Below are positions 13,401 through 25,731 of a stretch of DNA of 52,642 bases, in pieces (within the stretch, counting starts at the first letter, position 1; every line of letters starts with the position of its first letter). The stretch comes from Nemertoderma westbladi (lineage: Eukaryota; Animalia; Xenacoelomorpha): contig JAUCBJ010007026.1 of assembly GCA_032718475.1 (NCBI GenBank), positions 1 through 52,642 of the forward strand. The letters run 5' to 3'. The translations under genes and the position numbers were made by a program. The notes under the pieces are model-generated. The model was given only the letters and a program-made list of their open reading frames with translations, was not told the origin of the DNA and did no database searches.

Positions 13401-16400
13401 AACAATAAACACCCAATCGGATAGTTAATGTGGTTTGAGCAACGGTGCGTTAATGCGGAACAATAAACACCCAATCGGATAGTTAATGTGGTTTGAGCAA
13501 CGGTGCTTTAATGCGGAACAATAAACACCCAATCGGATAGTTCGTGTGGTTTGAGCACCGGTGCGTTAATGCGGAACAATAAACACCCAATCGGATAGTT
13601 AATGTGGTTTGAGCAACGGTGCGTTAATGCGGAACAATAAACACCCAATCGGATAGTTAATGTGGTTTGAGCAACGGTGCTTTAATGCGGAACAATAAAC
13701 ACCCAATCGGATAGTTAATGTGGTTTGAGCAACGGTGCGTTAATGCGGAACAATAAACACCCAATCGGATAGTTAATGTGGTTTGAGCAACGGTGCTTTA
13801 ATGCGGAACAATAAACACCCAATCGGATAGTTCGTGTGGTTTGAGCAACGGTGCGTTAATGCGGAACAATAAACACCCAATCGGATAGTTAATGTGGTTT
13901 GAGCAACGGTGCGTTAATGCGGAACAATAAACACCCAATCGGATAGTTCGTGTGGTTTGAGCACCGGTGCGTTAATGCGGAACAATAAACACCCAATCGG
14001 ATAGTTCATGTGGTTTGAGCAACGGTGCTTTAATGCGGAACAATAAACACCCAATCGGATAGTTCGTGTGGTTTGAGCAACGGTGCGTTAATGCGGAACA
14101 ATAAACACCCAATCGGATAGTTCATGTGGTTTGAGCACCGGTGCGTTAATGCGGAACAATAAACACCCAATCGGATAGTTCATGTGGTTTGAGCAACGGT
14201 GCGTTAATGCGGAACAATAAACACCCAATCGGATAGTTCGTGTGGTTTGAGCAACGGTGCGTTAATGCGGAACATTAAACACCCAATCGGATAGTTCGTG
14301 TGGTTTGAGCAACGGTGCGTTAATGCGGAACAATAAACACCCAATCGGATAGTTCGTGGGGTTTGAGCAACGGTGCGTTAATGCGGAACAATAAACACCC
14401 AATCGGATAGTTAGTGTGGTTTGAGCACCGGTGCGTTAATGCGGAACATTAAACACCCAATCGGATAGTTAGTGTGGTTTGAGCAACGGTGCGTTAATGC
14501 GGAACAATACACACCCAATCGGATAGTTAGTGTGGTTTGAGCAACGGTGCGTTAATGCGGAACATTAAACACCCAATCGGATAGTTCGTGTGGTTTGAGC
14601 AACGGTGCGTTAATGCGGGATAATAAACACCCAATCGGATAGTTAGTGTGGTTTGAGCAACGGTGCGTTAATGCGGAACAATAAACAGCCAATCGGATAG
14701 TTAGTGTGGTTTGAGCAACGGTGCGTTAATGCGGGATAATAAACACCCAATCGGATAGTTAGTGTGGTTTGAGCAACGGTGCGTTAATGCGGAACAATAA
14801 ACAGCCAATCGGATAGTTAGTGTGGTTTGAGCAACGGTGCGTTAATGCGGGATAATAAACACCCAATCGGATAGTTAGTGTGGTTTGAGCACCGGTGCGT
14901 TAATGCGGGATAATAAACACCCAATCGGATAGTTAATGTGGTTTGAGCAACGGTGCGTTAATGCGGAACAATAAACAGCCAATCGGATAGTTAATGTGGT
15001 TTGAGCAACGGTGCGTTAATGCGGAACAATAAACAGCCAATCGGATAGTTAGTGTGGTTTGAGCAACGGTGCGTTAATGCGGGATAATAAACACCCAATC
15101 GGATAGTTAGTGTGGTTTGAGCACCGGTGCGTTAATGCGGGATAATAAACACCCAATCGGATAGTTAATGTGGTTTGAGCAACGGTGCGTTAATGCGGAA
15201 CAATAAACAGCCAATCGGATAGTTCGTGTGGTTTGAGCACCGGTGCGTTAATGCGGGATAATAAACACCCAATCGGATAGTTCGTGTGGTTTGAGCAACG
15301 GTGCGTTAATGCGGAACAATAAACACCCAATCGGATAGTTCATGTGGTTTGAGCACCGGTGCTTTAATGCGGAACAATAAACACCCAATCGGATAGTTCA
15401 TGTGGTTTGAGCAACGGTGCGTTAATGCGGAACAATAAACACACAATCGGATAGTTAATGTGGTTTGAGCACCGGTGCGTTAATGCGGAACATTAAACAC
15501 CCAATCGGATAGTTCGTGTGGTTTGAGCACCGGTGCGTTAATGCGGAACAATAAACACCCAATCGGATAGTTCATGTGGTTTGAGCAACGGTGCGTTAAT
15601 GCGGAACAATAAACACCCAATCGGATAGTTCATGTGGTTTGAGCAACGGTGCGTTAATGCGGAACAATAAACACCCAATCGGATAGTTAGTGTGGTTTGA
15701 GCACCGGTGCGTTAATGCGGAACATTAAACACCCAATCGGATAGTTAGTGTGGTTTGAGCAACGGTGCGTTAATGCGGAACAATAAACACCCAATCGGAT
15801 AGTTCGTGTGGTTTGAGCAACGGTGCGTTAATGCGGAACAATAAACACCCAATCGGATAGTTCATGTGGTTTGAGCAACGGTGCGTTAATGCGGAACAAT
15901 AAACACCCAATCGGATAGTTCATGTGGTTTGAGCAACGGTGCGTTAATGCGGAACAATAAACACCCAATCGGATAGTTCGTGTGGTTTGAGCATCGGTGC
16001 GTTAATGCGGAACAATAAACACCCAATCGGATAGTTAGTGTGGTTTGAGCAACGGTGCGTTAATGCGGAACAATAAACACCCAATCGGATAGTTCATGTG
16101 GTTTGAGCAACGGTGCGTTAATGCGGAACAATAAACACCCAATCGGATAGTTCATGTGGTTTGAGCAACGGTGCGTTAATGCGGAACAATAAACACCCAA
16201 TCGGATAGTTCGTGTGGTTTGAGCAACGGTGCGTTAATGCGGAACAATAAACACCCAATCGGATATAGTTAGTGTGGTTTGAGCAACGGTGCGTTAATGC
16301 GGAACAATAAACACCCAATCGGATAGTTCGTGTGGTTTGAGCACCGGTGCTTTAATGCGGAACAATAAACACCCAATCGGATAGTTCGTGTGGTTTGAGC

Positions 16401-17630
16401 ACCGGTGCGTTAATGCGGAACAATAAAGACCCAATCGGATAGTTCATGTGGTTTGAGCAACGGTGCGTTAATGCGGAACAATAAACACCCAATCGGATAG
16501 TTCATGTGGTTTGAGCACCGGTGCGTTAATGCGGAACAATAAACACCCAATCGGATAGTTCGTGTGGTTTGAGCACCGGTGCGTTAATGCGGAACAATAA
16601 ACACCCAATCGGATAGTTAGTGTGGTTTGAGCAACGGTGCGTTAATGCGGAACAATAAACACCCAATCGGATAGTTCATATGGTTTGAGCATCGGTGCGT
16701 TAATGCGGAACAATAAACACCCAATCGGATAGTTCGTGTGGTTTGAGCACCGGTGCGTTAATGCGGAACAATAAACACCCAATCGGATAGTTCGTGTGGT
16801 TTGAGCACCGGTGCGTTAATGCGGAACAATAAAGACCCAATCGGATAGTTAATGTGGTTTGAGCAACGGTGCGTTAATGCGGGATAATAAACACCCAATC
16901 GGATAGTTCGTGTGGTTTGAGCACCGGTGCGTTAATGCGGAACAATAAACACACAATCGGATAGTTAGTGTGGTTTGAGCAACGGTGCGTTAATGCGGAA
17001 CAATAAACACCCAATCGGATAGTTCATGTGGTTTGAGCAACGGTGCGTTAATGCGGAACAATAAACACCCAATCGGATAGTTCATGTGGTTTGAGCAACG
17101 GTGCGTTAATGCGGAACAATAAACACCCAATCGGATAGTTCATGTGGTTTGAGCAACGGTGCGTTAATGCGGAACAATAAACACCCAATCGGATAGTTAG
17201 TGTGGTTTGAGCACCGGTGCTTTAATGCGGAACAATAAACACCCAATCGGATAGTTAGTGTGGTTTGAGCACCGGTGCGTTAATGCGGAACAATAAACAC
17301 CCAATCGGATAGTTCATGTGGTTTGAGCAACGGTGCGTTAATGCGGAACAATAAACACCCAATCGGATAGTTCATGTGGTTTGAGCAACGGTGCGTTAAT
17401 GCGGAACAATAAACACCCAATCGGATAGTTCATGTGGTTTGAGCAACGGTGCGTTAATGCGGAACAATAAACACCCAATCGGATAGTTCATGTGGTTTGA
17501 GCAACGGTGCGTTAATGCGGAACAATAAACACCCAATCGGATAGTTCATGTGGTTTGAGCAACGGTGCGTTAATGCGGAACAATAAACACCCAATCGGAT
17601 AGTTGGTGTGGTTTGAGCCACGGTGCGTTC
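10480..17630 (+). repeat. 58-bp satellite, ~123 copies
   Basis: Unit GAGCACCGGTGCGTTAATGCGGAACAATAAACACCCAATCGGATAGTTCGTGTGGTTT with a few recurrent variant positions. Confidence 0.97.
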
Positions 17631-18011
17631 GTCTGAGATGAGCACCGGTTTCGCGTTACGACAATTAATAGGATGTAATTAGAATGCGGAATGCGTACCG
17701 GTGCTCACAGCGATTAATTGATTAATTCTCACTACAATAAAGAATTTCTCCCTAAAATAGTATAATTCGAAAAAATAATGTAATTATTGTTCTTAAATAT
17801 TTATAATCGCTTCACATGTTCTCTTGTTCTCTTGGTATGAAGTTTAGTTTGACGTATTGGCGATACCTGTAATTTGTTTCCATTGCCTTTAAGTCACATT
17901 TATCTACGATATGTTGCTCATCCTGCAGTTATACCGAATTGGTTGCTGTTACGGAATTTTATACACTTAACTTGTTTTAAAAAAAATAGTATTTAATTAA
18001 GTGGGTAATGG

Positions 18012-20272
18012 TGAAAAATATCGAGACTGGAAAAATATCGAAAGTAAAAATAACGAGAGTTGAAAATTAACGTGATTAAAAAATATCGAGAGTAAAAATT
18101 TCGAGTGTTGAAAAATATCGAGAGTAAAAATAACGAGTGTTGAAAAATATCGAGAGTAAAAATATCGAGTGTTGAAAAATATCGAGAGTCAAAATATCGA
18201 GTGTTGAAAAATATCGAGAGTAAAAATGTCGAGTGTTGAAAAATATCGAGTGTTGAAAAATATCGAGAGTTAAAATAACGAGTGTTGAAAAATATCGAGT
18301 GTTGAAAAATATCGAGAGTAAAAATAACGAGTGTTGAAAAATATCGAGAGTAAAAATATCGAGTGTTGAAAAATATCGAGAGTAAAAATATCGAGTGTTG
18401 AAAAATATCGAGAGTAAAAATAACGAGTGTTGAAAAATATCGAGAGTAAAAATAACGAGTGTTGAAAAATATCGAGAGTAAAAATATCGAGTGTTGAAAA
18501 ATATCGAGAGTAAAAATAACGAGTGTTGAAAAATATCGAGAGTAAAAAGATCGAGTGTTGAAAAATATCGAGTGTTAAAAAATATCGAGTGTTGAAAAAT
18601 ATCTAGAGTAAAAATATCGAGTGTTGAAAAATACCGAGAGTAAAAATATCGAGTGTTGAAAAATATCGAGAGTAAAAATAACGAGTGTTGAAAAATACCG
18701 AGAGTAAAAATATCGAGTGTTGAAAAATATCGAGAGTAAAAATATCGAGTGTTGAAAAATATCGAGAGTAAAAATAACGAGTGTTGAAAAATATCGAGAG
18801 TTGAAAAATATCGAGAGTAAAAATAAATATTGCATTAAATATAGCAATAAAAATATTGCATTTTGCGGGAGCATTTTATTTAGAATTATGGGACGATATT
18901 GCAGTGCATGGGTTACATTACAACAATGCAAGTGCACATAAGTGACATTAATACACCTTTGTTCTAGAACATTTTTATGAAAAAAATATCATACAACCCT
19001 TATTAAAAAATTGTTACTCTCGACATTTTTGCTCTCGATATTTTTCAACACGCGGTATTTTTACTCTCATATTTTTCAACACACGTTATTTTGACTCTCG
19101 ATATTTTTCAACACTCTATTTTTTTACTTTTGATATTTTTCAACACTCGTTATTTTTACTCTCGATATTTTTCAACACTCGATATTTTTACTCTCGATAT
19201 TTTTCAACACTCTATATTTTTCAACACTCGATATTTTTACTCTCGATGTTTTTCAACACTCGATATTTTTGATCTCGATATTTTTCAACACTCGATATTT
19301 TTACTTTTGATATTTTTCAACACTCGTTATTTTTACTCTCGATATTTTTCAACACTCAAAATTTTTCAACACTCAATATTTTTCAACACTCGATATTTTT
19401 CAACACTCGATATTTTTACTCTCGATATTTTTCAACACTCAATATTTTTCAACACTCGATATTTTTCAACACTCGATATTTTTACTCTCGATTTTTTTCA
19501 ACATTCGATATTTTTACTCTCGATATTTTTCAACACTCGATATTTTTACTTTTGATATTTTTAACACTCGATATTTTTACTCTCGATGTTTTTCAACACT
19601 CGATATTTTTGCTCTCGATATTTTTCAACACTCGATATTTTTACTTTTGATATTTTTCAACACTCGTTATTTTTACTCACGATATTTTTCAACACTCGAT
19701 ATTTTTACTCTCGATATTTTTCAACACTCGTTATTTTGACTCTCGATATTTTTCAACACTCGATATTTTTCAACACTCGATATTTTTACTTTTGATATTT
19801 TTCAACACTCGATATTTTTACTCTGGATGTTTTTCACACTCTATTTTTTTACTTTTGATATTTTTCAACACTCGATATTTTTTCTCTCAATGTTTTTCAA
19901 CACTCGATATTTTTACTCTCGATATTTGTCAACACTCGATATTTTTCAACACTCGTTATTTTGACTCTCGATATTTTTCAACACTCTATTTTTTTACTTT
20001 TGATATTTTTCAACACTCGATATTTTTTCTCTCAATGTTTTTCAACACTCGATATTTTTGCTCTCGATATTTTTCAACACTCGATATTTTTACTTTTGAT
20101 ATTTTTCAACACTCGATATTTTTACTCTCGCTCGATATTTTTACTCTTGATATTTTTCAACACTCGATATTTTTCAACACTCGATATTTTTACTCTCGAT
20201 ATTTGTCAACACTCGATATTTTTACTTTCGATATTTTTGCTCTCGATATTTTTCATCTCTTGATATTTTTCA
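18012..20272. mobile_element. Foldback-like element with tandem-repeat inverted arms
   Basis: Left arm ~18012..18826 of 15/17-bp subunits (TGTTGAAAAATATCGAG / AGTAAAAATATCGAG); right arm ~19013..20272 is the reverse complement; ~190-bp unique loop. Confidence 0.85.
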
Positions 20273-20323
20273 ATATAACCATTAAATTTTGATGTTTTAA
20301 ATTGTTTGCCTTATTTTTCTCAG

Positions 20324-20619
20324 AGCTCCAGTCTCCTTACACTCCCTTCGGTCGCACATTCCTCTACCCCCACCGAACGTGACATACCGTCGCCTAGCAA
20401 CCACCAATCAGCGAGTAATTCCCTCCCCACCCGCCTCCACTGCCACCGATCTTCTGGGATCGATTCTCGACGCCCAGGATAAGATGAGCGTCCCGGGCCG
20501 GGACATTCGGATCAATAGGGACGGTTCGTTGACGGTCGTTCAACCGAATATCCAGGCTAGAAGAACCGAGTGCGCGGTTTACACAGTAACCCAACAGGGG
20601 TCTACCGGACCAAGTACAG
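20324..20619 (+). CDS. PHRF1: PHRF1-like exon 8 (shortest form; 3' end ambiguous within the repeat array)
   Basis: Acceptor tttttctcag; contains DLLGSILDAQ...IRINRDGSL, the conserved PHRF1 'DLLGSIL...RDGSL' block; first phase-1 donor CAG|GTACAG at 20620, with further in-frame copies up to a TAG at 21858. Confidence 0.8.
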
Positions 20620-22790
20620 GTACAGTAACCCAACAGGGGTCTACCGGACCAAGTACAGGTACAGTAACCCAACAGGGGTCTACCGGACCAAGTACAAACG
20701 TGTCTGCAGCAACCAGTACAGGTACAGTAACCCAGGGGTCTACCGGACCAAGTACAAACGTGTCTGCAGCGACCAGTACAGGTACAGTAACCCAACAGGG
20801 GTCTACCGGACCAAGTACAAACGTGTCTGCAGCGACCAGTACAGGTACAGTAACCCAACAGGGGTCTACCGGACCAAGTACAAACGTGTCTGCAGCGACC
20901 AGTACAGGTACAGTAACCCAACAGGGGTCTACCGGACCAAGTACAAACGTGTCTGCAGCGACCAGTACATGTACAGTACCCCAACAGGGGTCTACCGGAC
21001 CAAGTACAAACGTGTCTGCAGCGACCAGTACAGGTACAGTAACCCAACAGGGGTCTACCGGACCAAGTACAAACGTGTCTGCAGCGACCAGTACAGGTAC
21101 AGTAACCCAACAGGGGTCTACCGGACCAAGTACAAACGTGTCTGCAGCGACCAGTACAGGTACAGTAACCCAACAGGGGTCTACCGGACCAAGTACAAAC
21201 GTGTCTGCAGCGACCAGTACAGGTACAGTAACCCAACAGGGGTCTACCGGACCAAGTACAAACGTGTCTGCAGCGACCAGTACAGGTACAGTAACCCAAC
21301 AGGGGTCTACCGGACCAAGTACAAACGTGTCTGCAGCGACCAGTACAGGTACAGTAACCCAACAGGGGTCTACCGGACCAAGTACAGGTACAGTAACCCA
21401 ACAGGGGTCTACCGGACCAAGTACAAACGTGTCTGCAGCGACCAGTACAGGTACAGTAACCCAACAGGGGTCTACCGGACCAAGTACAAACGTGTCTGCA
21501 GCGACCAGTACAGGTACAGTAACCCAACAGGGGTCTACCGGACCAAGTACAAACGTGTCTGCAGCGACCAGTACAGGTACAGTAACCCAACAGGGGTCTA
21601 CCGGACCAAGTACAGGTACAGTAACCCAACAGGGGTCTACCGGACCAAGTACAAACGTGTCTGTAGCGACCAGTACAGGTACAGTAACCCAACAGGGGTC
21701 TACCGGACCAAGTACAGGTACAGTAACCCAACAGGGGTCTACCGGACCAAGTACAAACGTGTCTGCAGCAACCAGTACAGGCACAGTAGCCCAACAGGGG
21801 TCTACCGGACCAAGTACAAACGTGTCTGCAGCGACCAGTACATGTACAGTACCCCAATAGGGGTCTACCGCACCAAGTACAAACGTGTCTGCAGCAACCA
21901 GTACAGGTACAGTATCCCAACAGGGGTCTACCGGACCAAGTACAAACGTGTCTGCAGCGACCAGTACAGGTACAGTAACCCAACAGGGGTCTACCGGACC
22001 AAGTACAAACGTGTCTGCAGCGACCAGTACAGGTACAGTAACCCAACAGGGGTGTACCGGACCAAGTACAAACGTGTCTGCAGCAACCACTACAGGTACA
22101 GTATCCCAACAGGGGTCTACCGCACCAAGTACAAACGTGTCTGCAGCAACCAGTACAGGTACAGTAACCCAACAGGGTCTACCGGACCAAGTACAAACGT
22201 GTCTGCAGCGACCAGTACAGGTACAGTAACCCAACAGGGTCTACCGGACCAAGTACAAACGTGTCTGCAGCGACCAGTACATGTACAGTACCCCAATAGG
22301 GGTCTACCGCACCAAGTACAAACGTGTCTGCAGCAACCAGTACAGGTACAGTAACCCAACAGGGTCTACCGGACCAAGTACAAACGTGTCTGCAGCGACC
22401 AGTACATGTACAGTACCCCAATAGGGGTCTACCGCACCAAGTACAAACGTGTCTGCAGCGACCAGTACAGGTACAGTACCCCAATAGGGGTCTACCGCAC
22501 CAAGTACAAACGTGTCTGCAGCAACCAGTACAGGTACAGTAACCCAACAGGGTCTACCGGACCAAGTACAAACGTGTCTGCAGCGACCAGTACAGGTACA
22601 GTAACCCAACAGGGGTCTACCGGACCAAGTACAAACGTGTCTGCAGCGACCAGTACAGGTACAGTAACCCAGGGGTCTACCGGACCAAGTACAAACGTGT
22701 CTGCAGCGACCAGTACAGGTACAGTAACCCAGGGGTCTACCGGACCAAGTACAAACGTGTCTGCAGCGACCAGTACAGGTACAGTAACCC
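20583..22790 (+). repeat. 63-bp minisatellite (with 39-, 60- and 62-bp variants) spanning the exon 8 donor
   Basis: Unit ACAGTAACCCAACAGGGGTCTACCGGACCAAGTACAAACGTGTCTGCAGCGACCAGTACAGGT encodes TVTQQGSTGPSTNVSAATSTG. Confidence 0.97.
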
Positions 22791-23047
22791 TACAGGCCAG
22801 GGGTCTAGTATATAGACATTCCATATTCAATTGATCAATTAATTAATAATATCTGAATATAATTTGTGTTTCTTTGATGATTTTTTTTAACTAATAAGTT
22901 CAAAAATTATATAATTTTGGAAAAAAAGGAAATCGTAATTTAGAACATCCATTTTATTTTTTAGTATTACAGTGACTTCCTATAATTATTAGTAGGTCAT
23001 GGTGTTACAATAGAGTTTTACCTTTTTTTGCAATATTATTATTTCAG

Positions 23048-24032
23048 CCCCCAATGATTCACCTACTCCAGGACGGAATTCCGCGTCTCTTAGCAACGAA
23101 CCTGACATTCCTTTGAACAATGACTCCGATTACTCGCATGGCGACTTAGTTATCGATGAAACTACCCGGAATAGTTCCACTAACGACCGAGCTATCGGTG
23201 CCTCCGATAATGGACCTGATACCGGCGTACCTGCTGACGATGTTGTCAGCGCCGACAGGCATATTGCTGATGAACTACTGGAGCAGAAATACGTTGAATC
23301 CGTAGCGGCTAACAGAAGGAAACAAATCAGTGAAGAACGGCCCCTGGTGATATGGAACCACAACGGTAGTAAAGGACAAAGTACGGAAGACAACCAACGT
23401 AGGAAGAGACAGAATTCGGATTCGAAAGATATTCGCGATAGTAAGGTGCAACGGATGGATGACTATCGTGATAGTAATGTGCAACGTAGGGTAGATGTTG
23501 ATAATGAGATACAACTGTTGGAAGATCGTCGGGAGAGTATAATACAACAGGTTATAAAGGAGATGAGCCGACCTCAATGCCAACCGGAATCCTCGGTGTC
23601 GCCTGACCGCCGTCGATCCCGGAGGAACCACCGGAAGAGTAAGAAAAGTAAACATAAAGGCGGCCGATCCAAGTCCAAGAAACACCGTAGGACGACGCGT
23701 AGCGGCTCCCGTTCCCATGGCAACGAGGACCGCGAGGAGGGCGAGTTGTCTGGCCTAAGTTGCGACGGCGGCCGGAAGAAACGCGATAAATCGAAGGGAA
23801 AACGACGTCATCATAAGAAGCGATCGAAACATCGACGGAGGAGGACTGTATCCGGGTCTTCGAGTGATGACTCAGACGTGACGTCACCGAGGCGTACTCG
23901 AGGGGGTGGGGCTAGCGCGGTGACGTCACTGCGAGGGATTGGTGTTGTGGAGCAGGGGGCGCTGTTAACGGAAAGACGAGCCGCCATTGGTTACCTTCGA
24001 GGTTCTACTGGAGATAAACCGAGGGATCCAAG
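23048..24032 (+). CDS. PHRF1: PHRF1-like exon 9 (large RS/K-rich exon)
   Basis: Acceptor atttcag, phase 1, in frame with ORF 23113..24069; SPDRRRSRRNHRKSKKSKHK, EDREEGEL; donor AAG|GTTAGC, phase 2. Confidence 0.85.
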
Positions 24033-24245
24033 GTTAGCGAATCATAATAATATATTATGTATTTGTTAATATTTAATGTTTATGTTTATGCGGTTATGAA
24101 GAAGAACTTTCTGTAAAAAGTTTTGTTTATTATTCATCAAGCTTTGTTTTTTCAAGCTTCCTATCTCATGCATAGCACCTTCGATGTTATATAATTATCA
24201 CATAACAACAAACTGTAGGTGTAGAGTAATATGAAATTTTATTGG

Positions 24246-24298
24246 GGCCCTAAGTCGAGAAGAGGCAGTGTTCGACTGCCTCTTCTCGACTTAGGGCC
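24246..24298. repeat. Perfect 24-bp-stem hairpin (probably a collapsed MITE)
   Basis: GGCCCTAAGTCGAGAAGAGGCAGT-gttcg-ACTGCCTCTTCTCGACTTAGGGCC. Confidence 0.9.
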
Positions 24299-24392
24299 AG
24301 ATTCTAAATTCAAGTTGTGTAAAATTCAACCCTATGACATATATATAGACAACCTAACTCAATGCATTATAATGATATTGATGAGGTTGAGG

Positions 24393-24571
24393 TTTTTGGT
24401 CCGCGTAGCGAGACCTCTAAGTATTCACTCCGTTGTTAATTTCTTGTTAGGTATTGGTATTAGGGCTTTGTACGGCTCCAATAGCTCAGTTGGTAGAGCG
24501 TGGGAGTAGCCATTCAGATGGAAGTTCATGCGTTAGTAGACGCGGACCTTTGCGCGATTTGGCGCTTGTTT
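24393..24571 (+). mobile_element. Helentron-like non-autonomous element with tRNA-like interior (copy 2)
   Basis: TTTTT-GGTCCGCGT ... ACGCGGACC subterminal inverted repeat; 3' hairpin GCGC..GCGC then TTGTTT; A-box-like TAGCTCAGTTGGTAGAGC. Confidence 0.65.
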
Positions 24572-25069
24572 ATTAAAGCTAATACGCAATAATTTTAAAC
24601 GGTACCGAATAGTCATATATATATATACAATTAAATGATTAGTTAAATGAGTTCAACATTGGAATTATTATAAAATCATTAAAATATTCATTGATACGAA
24701 CTGACAAAGACTGATAAAACTAGATTAAAAAAAAACAAATAAATAAAAATAAAAATAGTGCCACCATTCATTATGATTATTAATTCGGTGACAACCTCTG
24801 ATAAATTTTTTCAAAATAAATCAATATTAAGTTAATGCTTTTGTCTCATACAGTTGTAGTTGGTTGTTAATTACAAAATAAATACAAATAAAATATAAAT
24901 GGATTATTATTCGCATATATACAATAGTTGATTTAAAAATATAAAAACAGTAGGTAGTCCCAAGTAAGTAATGTTAAATATTAGTAAAATCATATGAAAG
25001 TGAAATATAAATAGACAGATGAAATGAAAACCACTCACACCCCGTAAATGTATGTATCGAGATGGTACG

Positions 25070-25475
25070 ATAGCCCTAATATTGGCAGCTATCAGATTAA
25101 AGGGGACGGAGTTGAAGCTTATCAATGAGGCAAGGTAGGGAGGTGACAGTGAGTGACATTGAGACATACAATATGTCGCTATAGCAGCTGTTCTATGCAC
25201 AGTTCTATTGGCAGCCACGATAGTTCGATATAAAAGTTCGTATGTGACATGCGCACGGTTATTGAGCCCAAGTGTGAAGCGAATACACTTTCTCTGGAAT
25301 GTCTGTAGCTGATCCATTAAACGTCTCGACATGCTGGGATACCAGCATAATACTACAACGTCTAGCTTGGGCTGAATCAAGGCATTACAAAGCTGGCGTC
25401 TAGAATGGCTGCCTAGGTCGTTTCCGTGACTGTAGATGAATCGAAGGTTGCTGTTTCCCTTTTTGATTTGATTAC
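25070..25475 (-). mobile_element. LINE ORF2 3' fragment (CR1/L2 group, Crack/Daphne-like)
   Basis: KGNSNLRFIY...RRQLCNALIQPKLD...WYPSM...LQTFQRKCIRFTLGL resembles the post-RT region of these LINEs. Confidence 0.75.
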
Positions 25476-25731
25476 TTGTGCCGAAGCCGGGAGCCGCCAT
25501 GGTGTTGATAGATAGATAGGCCTACAACATTACCTACCGGTAGCTATTAATAACCAGTAGCTATAGACATGGCTCCAAACTCCACCATAAATATAAGCTA
25601 ACTTATTTATAACATAATTTTACATTTTTACTTTTATTTATACAGCAACTATTTTAATTTGTGCAATTTCTATCACTTATAATGTATATGTACAATCATT
25701 TCGTAATGTTAAAATTTTGGAATAAAACTAC

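Noticed and set aside
10480-17630. CRISPR-like array
   Set aside because: No unique spacers, no cas genes, spliceosomal eukaryotic context.
18575-20292. Phe/Ile-rich ORFs
   Set aside because: Translations of the foldback arms.
20394-22830. Cys-rich (metallothionein-like) minus-strand ORFs and alternative-frame ORFs
   Set aside because: Shadow frames of the 63-bp repeat; the + frame continuous with PHRF1 motifs explains the region.
24470-24530. Functional tRNA genes (also at ~9280 and ~49690)
   Set aside because: Only A/B-box remnants, no complete cloverleaf; embedded in repeats.
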